From an uncultured Gammaproteobacteria bacterium (GTDB lineage: Bacteria; Myxococcota_A; UBA796; JAJRTE01): DNA of 64,000 nt. Below are positions 22,701-32,200 of the stretch, one piece after another. Below the pieces are notes generated by a model. The model did no database searches, was not told the DNA's origin, and saw only the letters and a program-made list of their open reading frames with translations. Location of the stretch: assembly GCA_964418585.1 (NCBI GenBank), contig CAYQMG010000089.1:95185-159184 (forward strand), given 5' to 3'. Position numbers and translations under genes: made by a program. Each line of letters opens with the position of its first letter. Positions within the stretch are counted from its first letter, which is position 1.

Positions 22701-22944
22701 AGCGGATGCTCTCCAGGTTGTCGATCGAGGCCAACGCAGCCTCGTAGTTGCGTGTGACCAGACTCTCGATTTCCTGGGATGGCGCGCCTGGATAGCGCAC
22801 CATGACCGACAGGGTGGGATAGTCCACGTCCGGAAGCATGTCGATGCCCAGTCGGGTAAAGGCGATGCCTCCCAGGACGAGCACGATCAGCACCAACATG
22901 GTGATGGAAACGGGACGTTCGACCGAGAAGTCCGTGACCTTCAC
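19750..22944 (-). CDS. RND family efflux transporter permease (AcrB/HAE1-like)
   Basis: 1064 aa; 12-TM RND architecture with two large periplasmic loops; last gene of regulator-OMF-MFP-RND operon. Confidence 0.95.
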   Translation of the reverse strand: MKVTDFSVERPVSITMLVLIVLVLGGIAFTRLGIDMLPDVDYPTLSVMVRYPGAPSQEIESLVTRNYEAALASIDNLESIRSVSQEDVCYLMLDFVWGTDLDAAAADIREAVALIEPYMPPDVEDPIVIKFNLSSFPSAVYAVSGMKDTIALRDLMKDTVQSRLERLPGVAQAAFLGGRTEEIQVNLDRTALAGSGISPDRVLMALAAQNMNLPAGRQVAGRKEYLLRTVGMFKSLEDIKKTAVGMSPRTGAPIYLRTIADVKRTTKDVRSMVRVGGLESLMMMIMKESGANPLRVRRAYMEELEKLKELLPKEIHFDLLMDTGRVIELLADSVTQNGIVGALLAVVIMYLFLRNARPTATIAVVIPLSLLTTFIPMYFMGETLNMMTMGGLVLGIGMLVDNAVVVIENIFRHLEKGEDRRTAAKRGAGEVGMAISASTFTTMVVFLPILFSQGLAGQLARGLAITVAAALFSSLFVALTIVPSLASIFFSSGSTLRTRAGGRFERFKSRYQQVLAWCLDHRKATFGALGALFLLTVGMAFMVGAEFMPDESRPILVAKLSLPVGTPLEETSRVARRVERVFEQFDDVLVVGTMLGVDENDVGAGMSQTSNTGVHEAMLWARLKEKGQRKIPGNKRLQAKIREALPELDQVEFEFIDMASNMGGGSNRPIDIKLFGADFDKLKLWSERVADTISRIPKPPTFFERIKALFGVESESSNAPLLVDVDTTMRVAKPEEHIVIDRDKAATYGLTVGQIANTIKTATLGTVATRFRESGKEIDVRVRYAEPYRADRRALEQILLSLPTGGTIPLGQVARIEVGEGPVKISRENQSRVVSITADIADTNLNEAMGLVQEAIAPLIHQLPQGYMVEFGGEFADMIDAFIQLLEAMILAVLMVYMVMASQFESLSHPFTVMFTMPLAFMGVIWIFFLTGTTLSVPSFLGVIMLAGIVVNNGIVMVDYINQLRQQGLAMRQAVIEGASTRLRPVLITSLTTITAMLPMAISKGEGSETMSPLALTVIGGLFAATLFTLIIVPLAYTLVDHLSSRIASFWIQRLHGTETNGVG

Positions 22945-24056
22945 TTCGCCACCTCGACCAGTGCACCATCGACCAGACCGAATCCGCCCTCCACGACCAC
23001 GGATTCGCCCCCTTTCAGACCCTCCAGAACCTCCACCCCGCTGTCCCCCTCGAGTCCTGTTCGCACCGGGACCTTGCGCACGCGACCTCCTTCAACCACC
23101 ATGACGTAGCGGTCGCCTTCCTCGCCCAGGAGCGCGGACGCCGGAATCTGAATCGCTCGATCCCGCCGCTCGAGCACGAGGCGCACCCGGGCGTGCATGC
23201 CGACCAGGATGGTTTCATCGGGATTCTCCGCCTGGACACGGACCGGAAAGGTACGGGACGCCGGGTCGGCTGCCTTGCCCACGTACTCGACCCGACCCTC
23301 CACACCTTGAGGCGGTAGCCGGTCGGCCAGAACATCCACGAAGATACGGGCCGGCATGCCTTCCTCGATGTGGGCCACATCCGTGTCCGAGACCTGAAGG
23401 TCGATCCGGATGGTGTGCATGTCCACAATGCTGACAAGCCCGGGGGGCTTCCCGATGCTCATGGACATCGGGTTGAAGTTCTCGTCCTCTTCGCAAGCTA
23501 CCCAGGTCACAACGCCGTCGAACGGTGCCACCACCTTGCCCCCCGCCTGCTGCCGCTTTGCCAGAGCCTGGGCGGCTCGAGCCTGGGCAAGTTGAAGCTT
23601 CGCCATCTCCAGCCCGGTCTGGGCTTGCTCGAACTGCTGCTTGGGCATGGACCCGGAACGGTACAGACCTTCGGCCCGCGCAAACTCCCTTTTCGCTGCT
23701 TCGAGCTGAAGGGTGGCCAGCTTGACGCCCGCCTCCGCTTGACGCATTTGCAGGTCGACCAGGTCGGTGTCGAGTTCCGCAAGGACCTGCCCTTGCTTGA
23801 CGCGATCCCCCACGTGCACGTCCAGACGCCTGACCCGCCCGGGCATGTCCGGCACCAGGTCCGCGGCTCGACCCGCTTCCACCGTACCGGTCAACTCCAG
23901 TGTCCGCTCCAGGGGACTCACCACCACCTCGGCCGTCTCCACGTAGGCCTTGAGCGCCTCTGACACGCCTCCTTCGGTGCTCGTCGTGGTGCATGCGGGG
24001 ACCACCAGGCTCCCCACCAGGAGCAGCAGGCCCGCTCTCGCCATGGTTCGCATCAT
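22941..24056 (-). CDS. RND efflux periplasmic adaptor (membrane fusion protein, HlyD/AcrA family)
   Basis: Track ORF 22941..24659 trimmed to ATG 24056 (MMRTMARAGLLLLVGSLVVPAC, lipobox) with GGAGGT RBS; coiled-coil and beta-barrel MFP layout; stop overlaps RND start (ATGA). Confidence 0.9.
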   Translation of the reverse strand: MMRTMARAGLLLLVGSLVVPACTTTSTEGGVSEALKAYVETAEVVVSPLERTLELTGTVEAGRAADLVPDMPGRVRRLDVHVGDRVKQGQVLAELDTDLVDLQMRQAEAGVKLATLQLEAAKREFARAEGLYRSGSMPKQQFEQAQTGLEMAKLQLAQARAAQALAKRQQAGGKVVAPFDGVVTWVACEEDENFNPMSMSIGKPPGLVSIVDMHTIRIDLQVSDTDVAHIEEGMPARIFVDVLADRLPPQGVEGRVEYVGKAADPASRTFPVRVQAENPDETILVGMHARVRLVLERRDRAIQIPASALLGEEGDRYVMVVEGGRVRKVPVRTGLEGDSGVEVLEGLKGGESVVVEGGFGLVDGALVEVAK

Positions 24057-25516
24057 TCGTTCACCTCCGGATCGAGTCCCGCGGCCTTGCGCAGGGCAGC
24101 ATAGGAAATCCGCATGCGCGCCTGGGCTTGCAACAGGTTCAGCTTGGCTCCGGCCAGCGCCGTCTGTGCCGAGAGAAGCTGAACGTTGTTGACCACCCCG
24201 TACTTGAATCGCTCGTGCTCCAGCCGGTAGGCCTCCTCGGCCTGTGCCAGGCCCACCCGGGCCACCTCGATCTCCCGCATCGCCTCGTCGAACGAGGCAA
24301 GGGCCGACTCGAGTTCCACGCCCATCATCTCTGCCAGCAAATCCCGTTGGTGCCGAAGCTGCAACAGGGCGGCACGGGTCGCCCGATGTTTCTCCAGCGC
24401 CACCCCGCGATCCCACAGGTTCCAGCTCGCCGCCACCGTCAGATCCGCACTCCGGTACCAGACCGGCTCCAGCGAGTAGTTCGGGTTCCGCCAGTTCAGA
24501 TTCCCGCGTATCATCAGGGACGGTAGCCACGACCCCCAGGTCGCACGGCTCAGGTGCTCCATCGCCGCCAAATTCGCATCCAGCGTGGCCAGATCCGGCC
24601 GCCTTGCGCGCGCCTTGGCCAGGAGATCCTCCTTGCTCGCTTCCAGATCCGCCTCCCACGCTTCATCCATCTGTAGCTCGAGCACTTCGTCGCGAGGTAG
24701 TCCCAGAGACACCTTGAACGCCTGTTCGGCCAGTTCCGCCGCATGCTCGCTCCGAATCGCGTCCAGCCGAGATTGACTCTCCTTGGCTCGAGCCGCCATC
24801 AGGTCCGCCTGGCTCGCTACACCGGCTTCCACCAGATTCGAAAGATCCTTCACGTAAGCAGAGACCGTCTCCAGCGCTTCCCGGGAAACTCGAGCTGCGT
24901 CACGGGCAAGTACAAGCTGGTAGAAGGCCTGGGCCGTGTTGTACGCCACCGTCTGCCGCGCAGACCGAACCTGCTGCTGGCTCGCACGATGAAACGCCCG
25001 AGACGCCTGGTAGGATTGCCACAGTGCTCCACCCGCAAACAGGACTTGCTCCACCGTCCCGGTGACGAAGTAGTTGTCCTGAACCCCCATGTCGATCCGC
25101 GTCACCGTGTCCTCCGACGTGTCCACCGTCATCCACCCGAGGATCATGGTGCACATCGATTGCGCCATCTCCAGCGTCCACCCGGGAGGCAGGGTGTCCG
25201 GATCGATGTCGGCACAGGGATCCGTCGTCCCCGTCGTTCCGGTCATCTCACTCATGTCGAACTCGACATACGGAACCTGGTCCAGACGGGTGTACCCGGC
25301 CGTAAACCCAACACGCGGAAACAGGGCGAGAAACGCCTGCCGGAGTTCCGCCCTCGCCTTCTGCTCCCCGGCCGCCGCCGCCCGGATACTTCGATCGCGC
25401 TCCAACGCCAGTCGCGTCGCATCCTCCACCGTCAACGTCACCCCCGACGCGACCCAGGGACGAGAGCAAAGAACCGTCAGTGCCAAAAGAAAACAGAAGA
25501 ACACTTTCCTGAACAT
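24053..25516 (-). CDS. Outer-membrane efflux protein (TolC/OMF family)
   Basis: Track ORF 24053..25636 trimmed to ATG 25516 (MFRKVFFCFLLALTVLCS signal peptide); two-repeat OMF architecture; stop overlaps MFP start. Confidence 0.85.
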   Translation of the reverse strand: MFRKVFFCFLLALTVLCSRPWVASGVTLTVEDATRLALERDRSIRAAAAGEQKARAELRQAFLALFPRVGFTAGYTRLDQVPYVEFDMSEMTGTTGTTDPCADIDPDTLPPGWTLEMAQSMCTMILGWMTVDTSEDTVTRIDMGVQDNYFVTGTVEQVLFAGGALWQSYQASRAFHRASQQQVRSARQTVAYNTAQAFYQLVLARDAARVSREALETVSAYVKDLSNLVEAGVASQADLMAARAKESQSRLDAIRSEHAAELAEQAFKVSLGLPRDEVLELQMDEAWEADLEASKEDLLAKARARRPDLATLDANLAAMEHLSRATWGSWLPSLMIRGNLNWRNPNYSLEPVWYRSADLTVAASWNLWDRGVALEKHRATRAALLQLRHQRDLLAEMMGVELESALASFDEAMREIEVARVGLAQAEEAYRLEHERFKYGVVNNVQLLSAQTALAGAKLNLLQAQARMRISYAALRKAAGLDPEVNE

Positions 25517-25520
25517 CGCT

Positions 25521-26066
25521 TCATCCCGAGTTGTTTCCCCGTCCTTCGTCCGAACCGGGAACTTCTCTCGAACGCCTCTGCCGCTCCTCTTCCCACCGCT
25601 CCAGGAGCCTCGGCATCTCCCGCTCGAAAAACGCATGGAATTCGTACAACTCCCGCAGTCGCTGATTCTCCTCCGTACTCCTCCACGAAAACGTCTTCAG
25701 CCCGTCCTCGGCCAGTTGGCGGATGGCGGTCACGTTCGGGAGCCCGGTCCTGAACATTCGGGTGGCTGCATCCTCCGGAATCCGATAGTAGGCACTGCGC
25801 TCCCCGGGAAACGTGATCCTGTCCACAAGGCCCTTGTCCAGGAGCCCTCGAACGATCGTGTGAACCGCGCTCACACTGGCCTTCAGCGCCCTGGCAAGCT
25901 GGGCCGTGGTCTGGTGCGGCGGCTCACACACCATCAACCACCCCACAACACGCCCCAACATGCGAGGATGACCGTGGTGCTCGGCCAGACGGCCCATCCG
26001 CTCCGAAAAATCCAGCGCTGGCACTCGCCAGTCGTCTGAACCGCTCTGTTCTGATTCCATCTTCAT
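25521..26066 (-). CDS. Winged-helix transcriptional regulator (MarR/GbsR-like), probable efflux-operon regulator
   Basis: ~180 aa; HTH-like segment TTAQLARALKASVSAVHTIVRGLLDKGLV; sits 5 bp upstream of the TolC-like gene. Start approximate. Confidence 0.55.
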   Translation of the reverse strand: MKMESEQSGSDDWRVPALDFSERMGRLAEHHGHPRMLGRVVGWLMVCEPPHQTTAQLARALKASVSAVHTIVRGLLDKGLVDRITFPGERSAYYRIPEDAATRMFRTGLPNVTAIRQLAEDGLKTFSWRSTEENQRLRELYEFHAFFEREMPRLLERWEEERQRRSREVPGSDEGRGNNSG

Positions 26067-26149
26067 CTGTTCCGATCTCCAGGTGGCAGGAGGTTGGCGC
26101 GGCCATCTGTCCCGCACCGGCGCAAGTTCTCATGCTTCCGGGTGCAACG

Positions 26150-26246
26150 GCGCCCGCGTGCACCACTATCAGCTTCCGGGTGTGGTGTCAATACATAAAT
26201 TTCAGTAAATTCCGAAAATCGAGCAGAAAGAACATCACACCGGGCA
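26150..26246 (-). promoter_or_regulatory. AT-rich island with candidate promoter/operator for the regulator-efflux operon
   Basis: gtgtcaatacataaatttcagtaaattccgaaaatcg: minus-strand TTGACA and direct TAAATT repeats in an otherwise GC-rich genome. Confidence 0.3.
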
Positions 26247-29200
26247 TCAGGAGAGGTCGATGTAGCAGTAGACGGGGAAGGGAGAGGCCGGGCGGATTCG
26301 CCAGGAGGTGGTGTGCAGCGTGTGCGCCTGGTTCACCGGGTGCTGATTGAAGTCGAAGCGAGGGTCGTGAACGGAGAAGAAGGCCACGCCCTGGTCCAGT
26401 CGGAGGGTGAGGCGTCGGTTCGGGTTGGACCACAGGATTTCGAGGGTGCGGTGGTGAGCGAGTTTTCGAGGGTGGTCTACCAGTTGGACCTGTGTCTTGG
26501 GGCGGAGGGTTGCGAGGAGGGAGGAGAGGACCTTTTCCTGGGTGGTTGGATTGGTCCAGTCATGGTGGATGAGTCTTGGGGAACGCCAGCCATCCTGCTG
26601 GACGGCGGTGGTGATGATTGAGAGGATGGTATCGGACGAGAGGGTGCCGAGTTTTTCGAGTCCCTGAAGGAGGAGGAACAGGCCGAGCGTGGAGAGTGGG
26701 CTTTTGACGTACCGGTCGGAGTAGGTGACCCGGCGTGCCGGGCCGGCCTGGAGTGCTCTGGCGGTACCGGGGTGAGTTTGTTGGACGAGTTTCCAGAAGT
26801 GGTGAGCGAACCGGGTACGGTTGTGGAACATGGGGTTGTCGTGGTTGATGACGAGTTCGTGCACGGTGCCCGGATCGGGGGGTTGGAGCTGGTCGGGGGA
26901 GAGTGGAGAGAGGTCGTCCGGGAGTGTCGGTGAGTTCAGGGTTGCGTGCACATTGGTGGCGTCCTGGCGTGTGTCGAGCCATGCGGGGCCTGGGAGGAGG
27001 GCGGCGTGGTCGTCGGTGGCGAAGGCGGTGACGGTGTCGTCGTGGTGGAGTTCTGCATAGGTTATTGTGGGGCTGTCGTTTTTCTGGTTGTGTTGGAGGA
27101 AGAGGTGCAACCTGGCGAATTCTGCGAGGTTGGCGAGTTGCCGACGGGTTTGCCAGTCGGCCTGGTCGAGGGCGGATGGGGGGAGGAGGAGGTCCACCTG
27201 GGTACCGGATTCGGCCATGTGGAGGAGGACGTGTCGTGCGTTCCAGGCGCCGAGGTCCCAATCGGCAGGGTTTCCCTGGAGTACGAACCGTGCTCGAGTC
27301 AAGGGGTGGCGCAGTACGACGCGCTGGATGGCCTGAATGGGGGATTGCCATTCCACGGTGGTGGCGTCTCCAAAGCACTTCAAGTCCTGAGGGAGTTCCA
27401 GCGCATGGAGCAACCGTTCGGAGAGGAATGTACGCGCTCGGTGCCGGTTGAGTTGTTTTCTTTCGTGCTGGGTATCGTGTCCGAGGAGGCAGGCGTGGCA
27501 GGCGGCGTCGCAGTGGTTGGGGCAGTCGAGGCGAGCGCGTGCGGCCTTGAGCAGGTGTGTGAGCATGGCCGGTGCCTCGGCGCAGAATCCGGCGCCGCCG
27601 TCGGCGGTGTCGTAGAGGATGACGGCCAGACAGGTGTGTGCTCCCTCGCGCCCGTGTGCCACGGTGCAGCCGATTTCCTCCTCCTCGACGCCCAGGGTTT
27701 CGGCGAGCGCGAGTTTCAGGGCCACGGCGATGGTGATGGCCTCCGATTCCTCCTGGAGCGGCATGCCGGTATGTGGGTTGAGGAAATGGAGTTCGAGCAC
27801 GTCGGTGATGGTGGTGGAGCCCAGGGCCAGGTGTCGCTTGATGGCGAACGGTTCCCCGTTGCCCTCGCAGAGGATTTCGGGGCCTTTTCTTCCGGACGAG
27901 TCGCGTCCTCCTCGCAGGCGTTTGTGCTGGCGCATGGCCTCGGGCAGTTCGGCCGAAGCCGGATTTTCAGGGTCCCAGGGCTCGGAGACGGTTCGACCGC
28001 ACCGGAGGCAGACGGCATAGCCGTGGCCGTGGGCACCGTGGCTGAGGTGGATGAGTTTGCCGTTGGGCGCGTGACGGAGGCGCACGACAGGGGGAGAACC
28101 GAACGGGACGAACGGGTTTTCTCCTGATGAGATCCAGGATTCCAGGGGGGGCATCCAGGGTTTGGCGCCCAGTTCCGTGCTTGCCTTGGAACGGATGTCG
28201 ACGGCAAAGCCGGAGGGGATGAGGAACTGGCGGTGGTGCAGGTTGGAGGAACCGCAGCAGGGGCAGGATTCCACCCAGGTGCGGCCAGCGGTGACCCATC
28301 CACACTGGAGGCAACGGGAACCCACCTGCAGGTCCTGGAGTTCGTTGATCAGATTCTCTGTGGCCTCTGGCGGGATGTGCCAGTTGAGGGTGACTCCCGC
28401 CGACCGATAGGCTCGACCGTCCAGCACCACTTCGAGCCCCGGTGCATATTCGTTCAAGGCCATTCGGAGTTCACGAGTGGGATAGCCGCGCAGGAGCGCC
28501 AGGTTGTCCTCTCGTTTTTCTGACGTTCGTTCCGGCCTGCTCGGGCGCCGACCTCTCTTCCTTCGCACCGCGAGTTCCTCGGCGGTGGTGGTGACGAAGG
28601 GGACCACGTTGGTGGGGAAACCATATCCAGGAAGGAACTGCCGTGTGGCAAGGTAGCCCAGGAGATACTCTTCCCGGTGGCGTTTCAATTGGCGCTGGAT
28701 GGCCAAGGCCACCGGTGAGCCATCCCGGTCTTCGGGTTCCAGCGCGTTCCATTCGGTTTGGAGCCCTTCCAGCGTGTTCAGGTATCCCCTTCGGGCCGCG
28801 TGCATGGATTCGGCCACGTCTTCCAGAAGGTCCTCGATGCGCGTTCTCTCCTTTATCGACCGCCTTCGCAGCACCTCGAGCCGGTATTGCAACTCGTCAC
28901 GAGCCGGTGCGGTTGCCTGGAGATACTCGAAAAACCGGTCGCATACGGAAGGGGCTTCTGAGTCGGCCTCGAAGAACCAGCCGCAATGAAGCTTTGGGAT
29001 GGCCTTGTCTCCGGCCGCCTGGTACTGAAGAAGGAAGTCGGTGAGACAGACCGCGTTCACGTGTCGCTGCACGATGGGTCCACTGTCCAGGCATACGTCG
29101 GTGACGTGGAGCGGCGTGGTGAAGGGCCACAGGGGATTGCGGAATACGGCCTGGTCGTGGGGAAGGTTGCGGCACACGGTCACGCTCACCGCTGTTCGTT

Positions 29201-32200
29201 CGCCTCGACGACCGGCCCGACCCACCCGTTGGAGGAAGTTGGCCGGGTTCGGGGGGGCGTTGTTCATCGACACCGCGGACAACCCACCGATGTCCACTCC
29301 GAGTTCCATGGTGGTGGAACAACTCAGCACATTGATGGAGCCGGCCTTGAACTCACGTTCGTAGCCCTGCAACGTCCCTGCAGGAAGCTGGGCAGAATGC
29401 TCGGCGACCCGAAAATAAAACCACCCCTCCACGATTCGGTCGGTAACCTCGTGCCACACACCGGCGCTCCGGAGTTGCCGCACCTGTTCGTCTTGGGCCA
29501 GCCATGCCCGGATTTGTTCGAGGCTCCAGGGCGTTCCGTCAAAAGCCCGTTTGAAGGCGAACGGGGGGCGGGGCATGGTGACCTTGACACACCGGGTGTC
29601 GTACGCCCAGGGGTCATTGGGTTGGAGCGGTGTGTGCCCTCGCAACGTCGTATCCAGGAGTTGGCCGGTCAGTGGGCAGATCCACGCCTCCTGGATCGGC
29701 TCGAGACATGCCTGTCGTTCCAGGTCGAGCTGGTATCCATCCTGGGTCTGGTGCAGGAGTCGGCGGATGGCTTGCCAGGCTTCGTGGAGAATCTCGTTCA
29801 CCTCCTCGCGGGTTTCCCTGTCGGAACCGAGACCGAAAGCCTGAACCAGGAGGGCGGCGAGGCGCGGTGGCCGGGCGGCCGTCATCCACTGGGGCCACGG
29901 TGTCCGGTGCCGCTCTCGTTTCTCGCCCTGGGGCAGGAGGTAGCTGGGACGGATCCGAGTCCCCATCCAGCGGAACAGCGCCGGTTCCATGGTGAGCGCG
30001 GTGTTGGCCCGAACGAAGAAGTCGAGACAGAGTTTCAGGAAATCCCGCCATGTCTGGAGTGTCTCGCCTCGAGCTTTCCAGGCAGCCGGAACACGGGTGA
30101 TCCGGGTGAGGCCGGGGTAGGTGAGTTTCACGAGTCCCAGGGTCTCCAGTGCGCGTCGGCGGGAAGGTCTCCGGGCGAACTCCCGCACGACCAGGCCTCG
30201 CGCCAGTGCTTGATGGTCCAGGTCGAAGGGATCGTAGGTGCTGCGCGCTGCGTGCATCCAGGAGATCTCCCGTGTTTTCGAAAGTTCCTGGATGGCGGTT
30301 CGGAAGCAGAGAGGTTCGGTCTGGGACAGGCTGTCAATCTCCTGGCGGAGTCGCTCGATGGTTTGGTCGAGCACCGTTCCACGGTCGCCCAGTTCTCGCT
30401 GGAGGGCGAGGAGGCGTCCGAGTTCCGCCTCTTTTTCCTCTCTTTTTTCCTGTTGGTCCGCCTGAGAGGTCCCAGACGTCGCAATGACCTGGGCGTAAAG
30501 AAAACTCCGAACGTAGTTGCGTTCCGAATCCCGCTGGGCCGCCGCTGCAAATCGGGCTGTGCCCTGGCGGCTGTCCGAGAACGTGATGAGTCGCCGACCG
30601 TCGGCGGGGCACCCGTTCCCGGTACGGTCGGCCGGGACCCATTCGAGCAGCCCAGGAAGGACCACGCTCTGGGTGAACTGGATGGCGTTTCGGAACGTTT
30701 TCCAGAAAGGGCGGAGGGACGGGCCCTTGTGGAGGCATCGCGGGCACTGAAGAGGTTCGGAGGCGGATTCCAAAGATTCGAGCACCAGGAAACGGGGGCC
30801 CGGGGTTCCCAGCTCCCCTGTTTTTGGATCGAGTGTTTCCAGGTCCGGAGAGGAGGGGTCTGGGGGCGGTGCGAGCAGGGCCGTGGCGTGGTGTTGGAGC
30901 GGAAAGTGCAATTCGGTACCCATTGGAGTGTCGGCAGGGTGTTCCGGTGCGGGGGACTCGTCGTCTTCTGGAGCGAACGGATCTTCCTCGTCGTCGGTGG
31001 CCGTGTCGCCCCGGTCCGGTGGGGGGCTGTTTGGAGGAAGGAAGCGGTCGGTGGCGTCCTGCTGCACCACGGTTCCTGCCAGGAAGATCTGGCTGCAGGT
31101 GTTGCACAGGACCAGTTCATACACGAGCGAGCCACAGGCCTTGCAGGTGTGGCGTTCGTTGAAGTAGACCGTTCCAAAAGGCCATTCCGAGGACTGGAGC
31201 GGGCGGTGCGTTTTCCCCGGGCACGCCGGGTTGATACAGGCCCAGAGCCCGGGCTGGGTCCGGGCAAACAGGTGCAAGCGTAGAGGCAGGAACGGGGTGC
31301 CATCCGGGCCTGTCGCGCTGCTCAACAGGTCCAGGAACCGGACGGTCTGCTTTCGGGCCTCGGTTTGCTGTCGTGCCGAAGGGCCGAACAGGGTCTGCGT
31401 CAGGTCCGAGAGGCGGGCGGGTCCTCGGGAGACGAAAGCGCTTCGAACCGTCCGTGCTGGGAGGGAGGAACAGAGTTTCTCGTAGCGTTCGTCCTGGGTA
31501 AGCGCGGAGAGGGCGTCCAGGTCCGGGAACGTGGTCTCGAGCGGGTCTTTGTCGGGTAGCCTCGGAATGTCGTGCCGACCCAGCACCACGTGGACCTGAT
31601 GATCCGGTTGGCCCGATACCGAAGCCAGGAAGCGCCGCAGCGCCTCTTCCGGGGTTCTCCCGTGGCGATCCTTGCCCTGGGACGCGATGGTGGCCGAGGT
31701 GGCGATGAACCGGACGTTCTCGGCCCGGACTTCGAAGGCGGTGAGCACACGACGAAGCAGGAGCGCCAGTTCCGCGGCCTGTGACCCCAGGTAGGTGTGC
31801 GCCTCGTCGATGACCACGTATTTGAGTCGGCCCCGGGAAAGCTCGAGGATCGGATGGTCGGCTGGACGAACCAGCATGTATTCGAGCATGGTCGCATTGG
31901 TGAGGAGGATGGGAGGAGGCGCTTTTCTGAGCGACTTGCGGTCCAGCACCTCCTCGGGCCGGTGGCGCTTCTCCGATTCCGGCAAATGGTCCGGGGTGTT
32001 GCCGTTGTAAAGGCAGAACCGAACCGTGCCGTCGAAGCCTCGAGTCCAGGCTGCCAGCCTGTCCTGCTGGCTGTTGATGAGCGCGTTGAGTGGGTAGAGA
32101 AACAGAGCCTGGACTCCGACCAGCGGCCGTCGCCGGTGCCTCGCCTGGAGGGCGAGATCGTTGAGAATCGGGATGAGGAAGCACTCGGTCTTCCCGCTAC

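Noticed and set aside
20486-22969. Multiple 300-390-aa track ORFs overlapping the RND permease gene in other frames and strands
   Set aside because: The RND permease frame has unambiguous transporter architecture; overlapping frames are Arg/Gly/Pro-rich artefacts.
24053-24659. Upstream 200 codons of the 572-aa track ORF (membrane fusion protein frame)
   Set aside because: Gly/Ser/Arg-rich sequence overlapping the TolC-like gene; MFP homology and the lipoprotein signal begin at ATG 24056 with a GGAGGT RBS.
28986-31283. 765-aa plus-strand track ORF
   Set aside because: Lies antisense inside the helicase gene, whose frame carries ordered SF2 motifs; the plus-strand frame is low-complexity.
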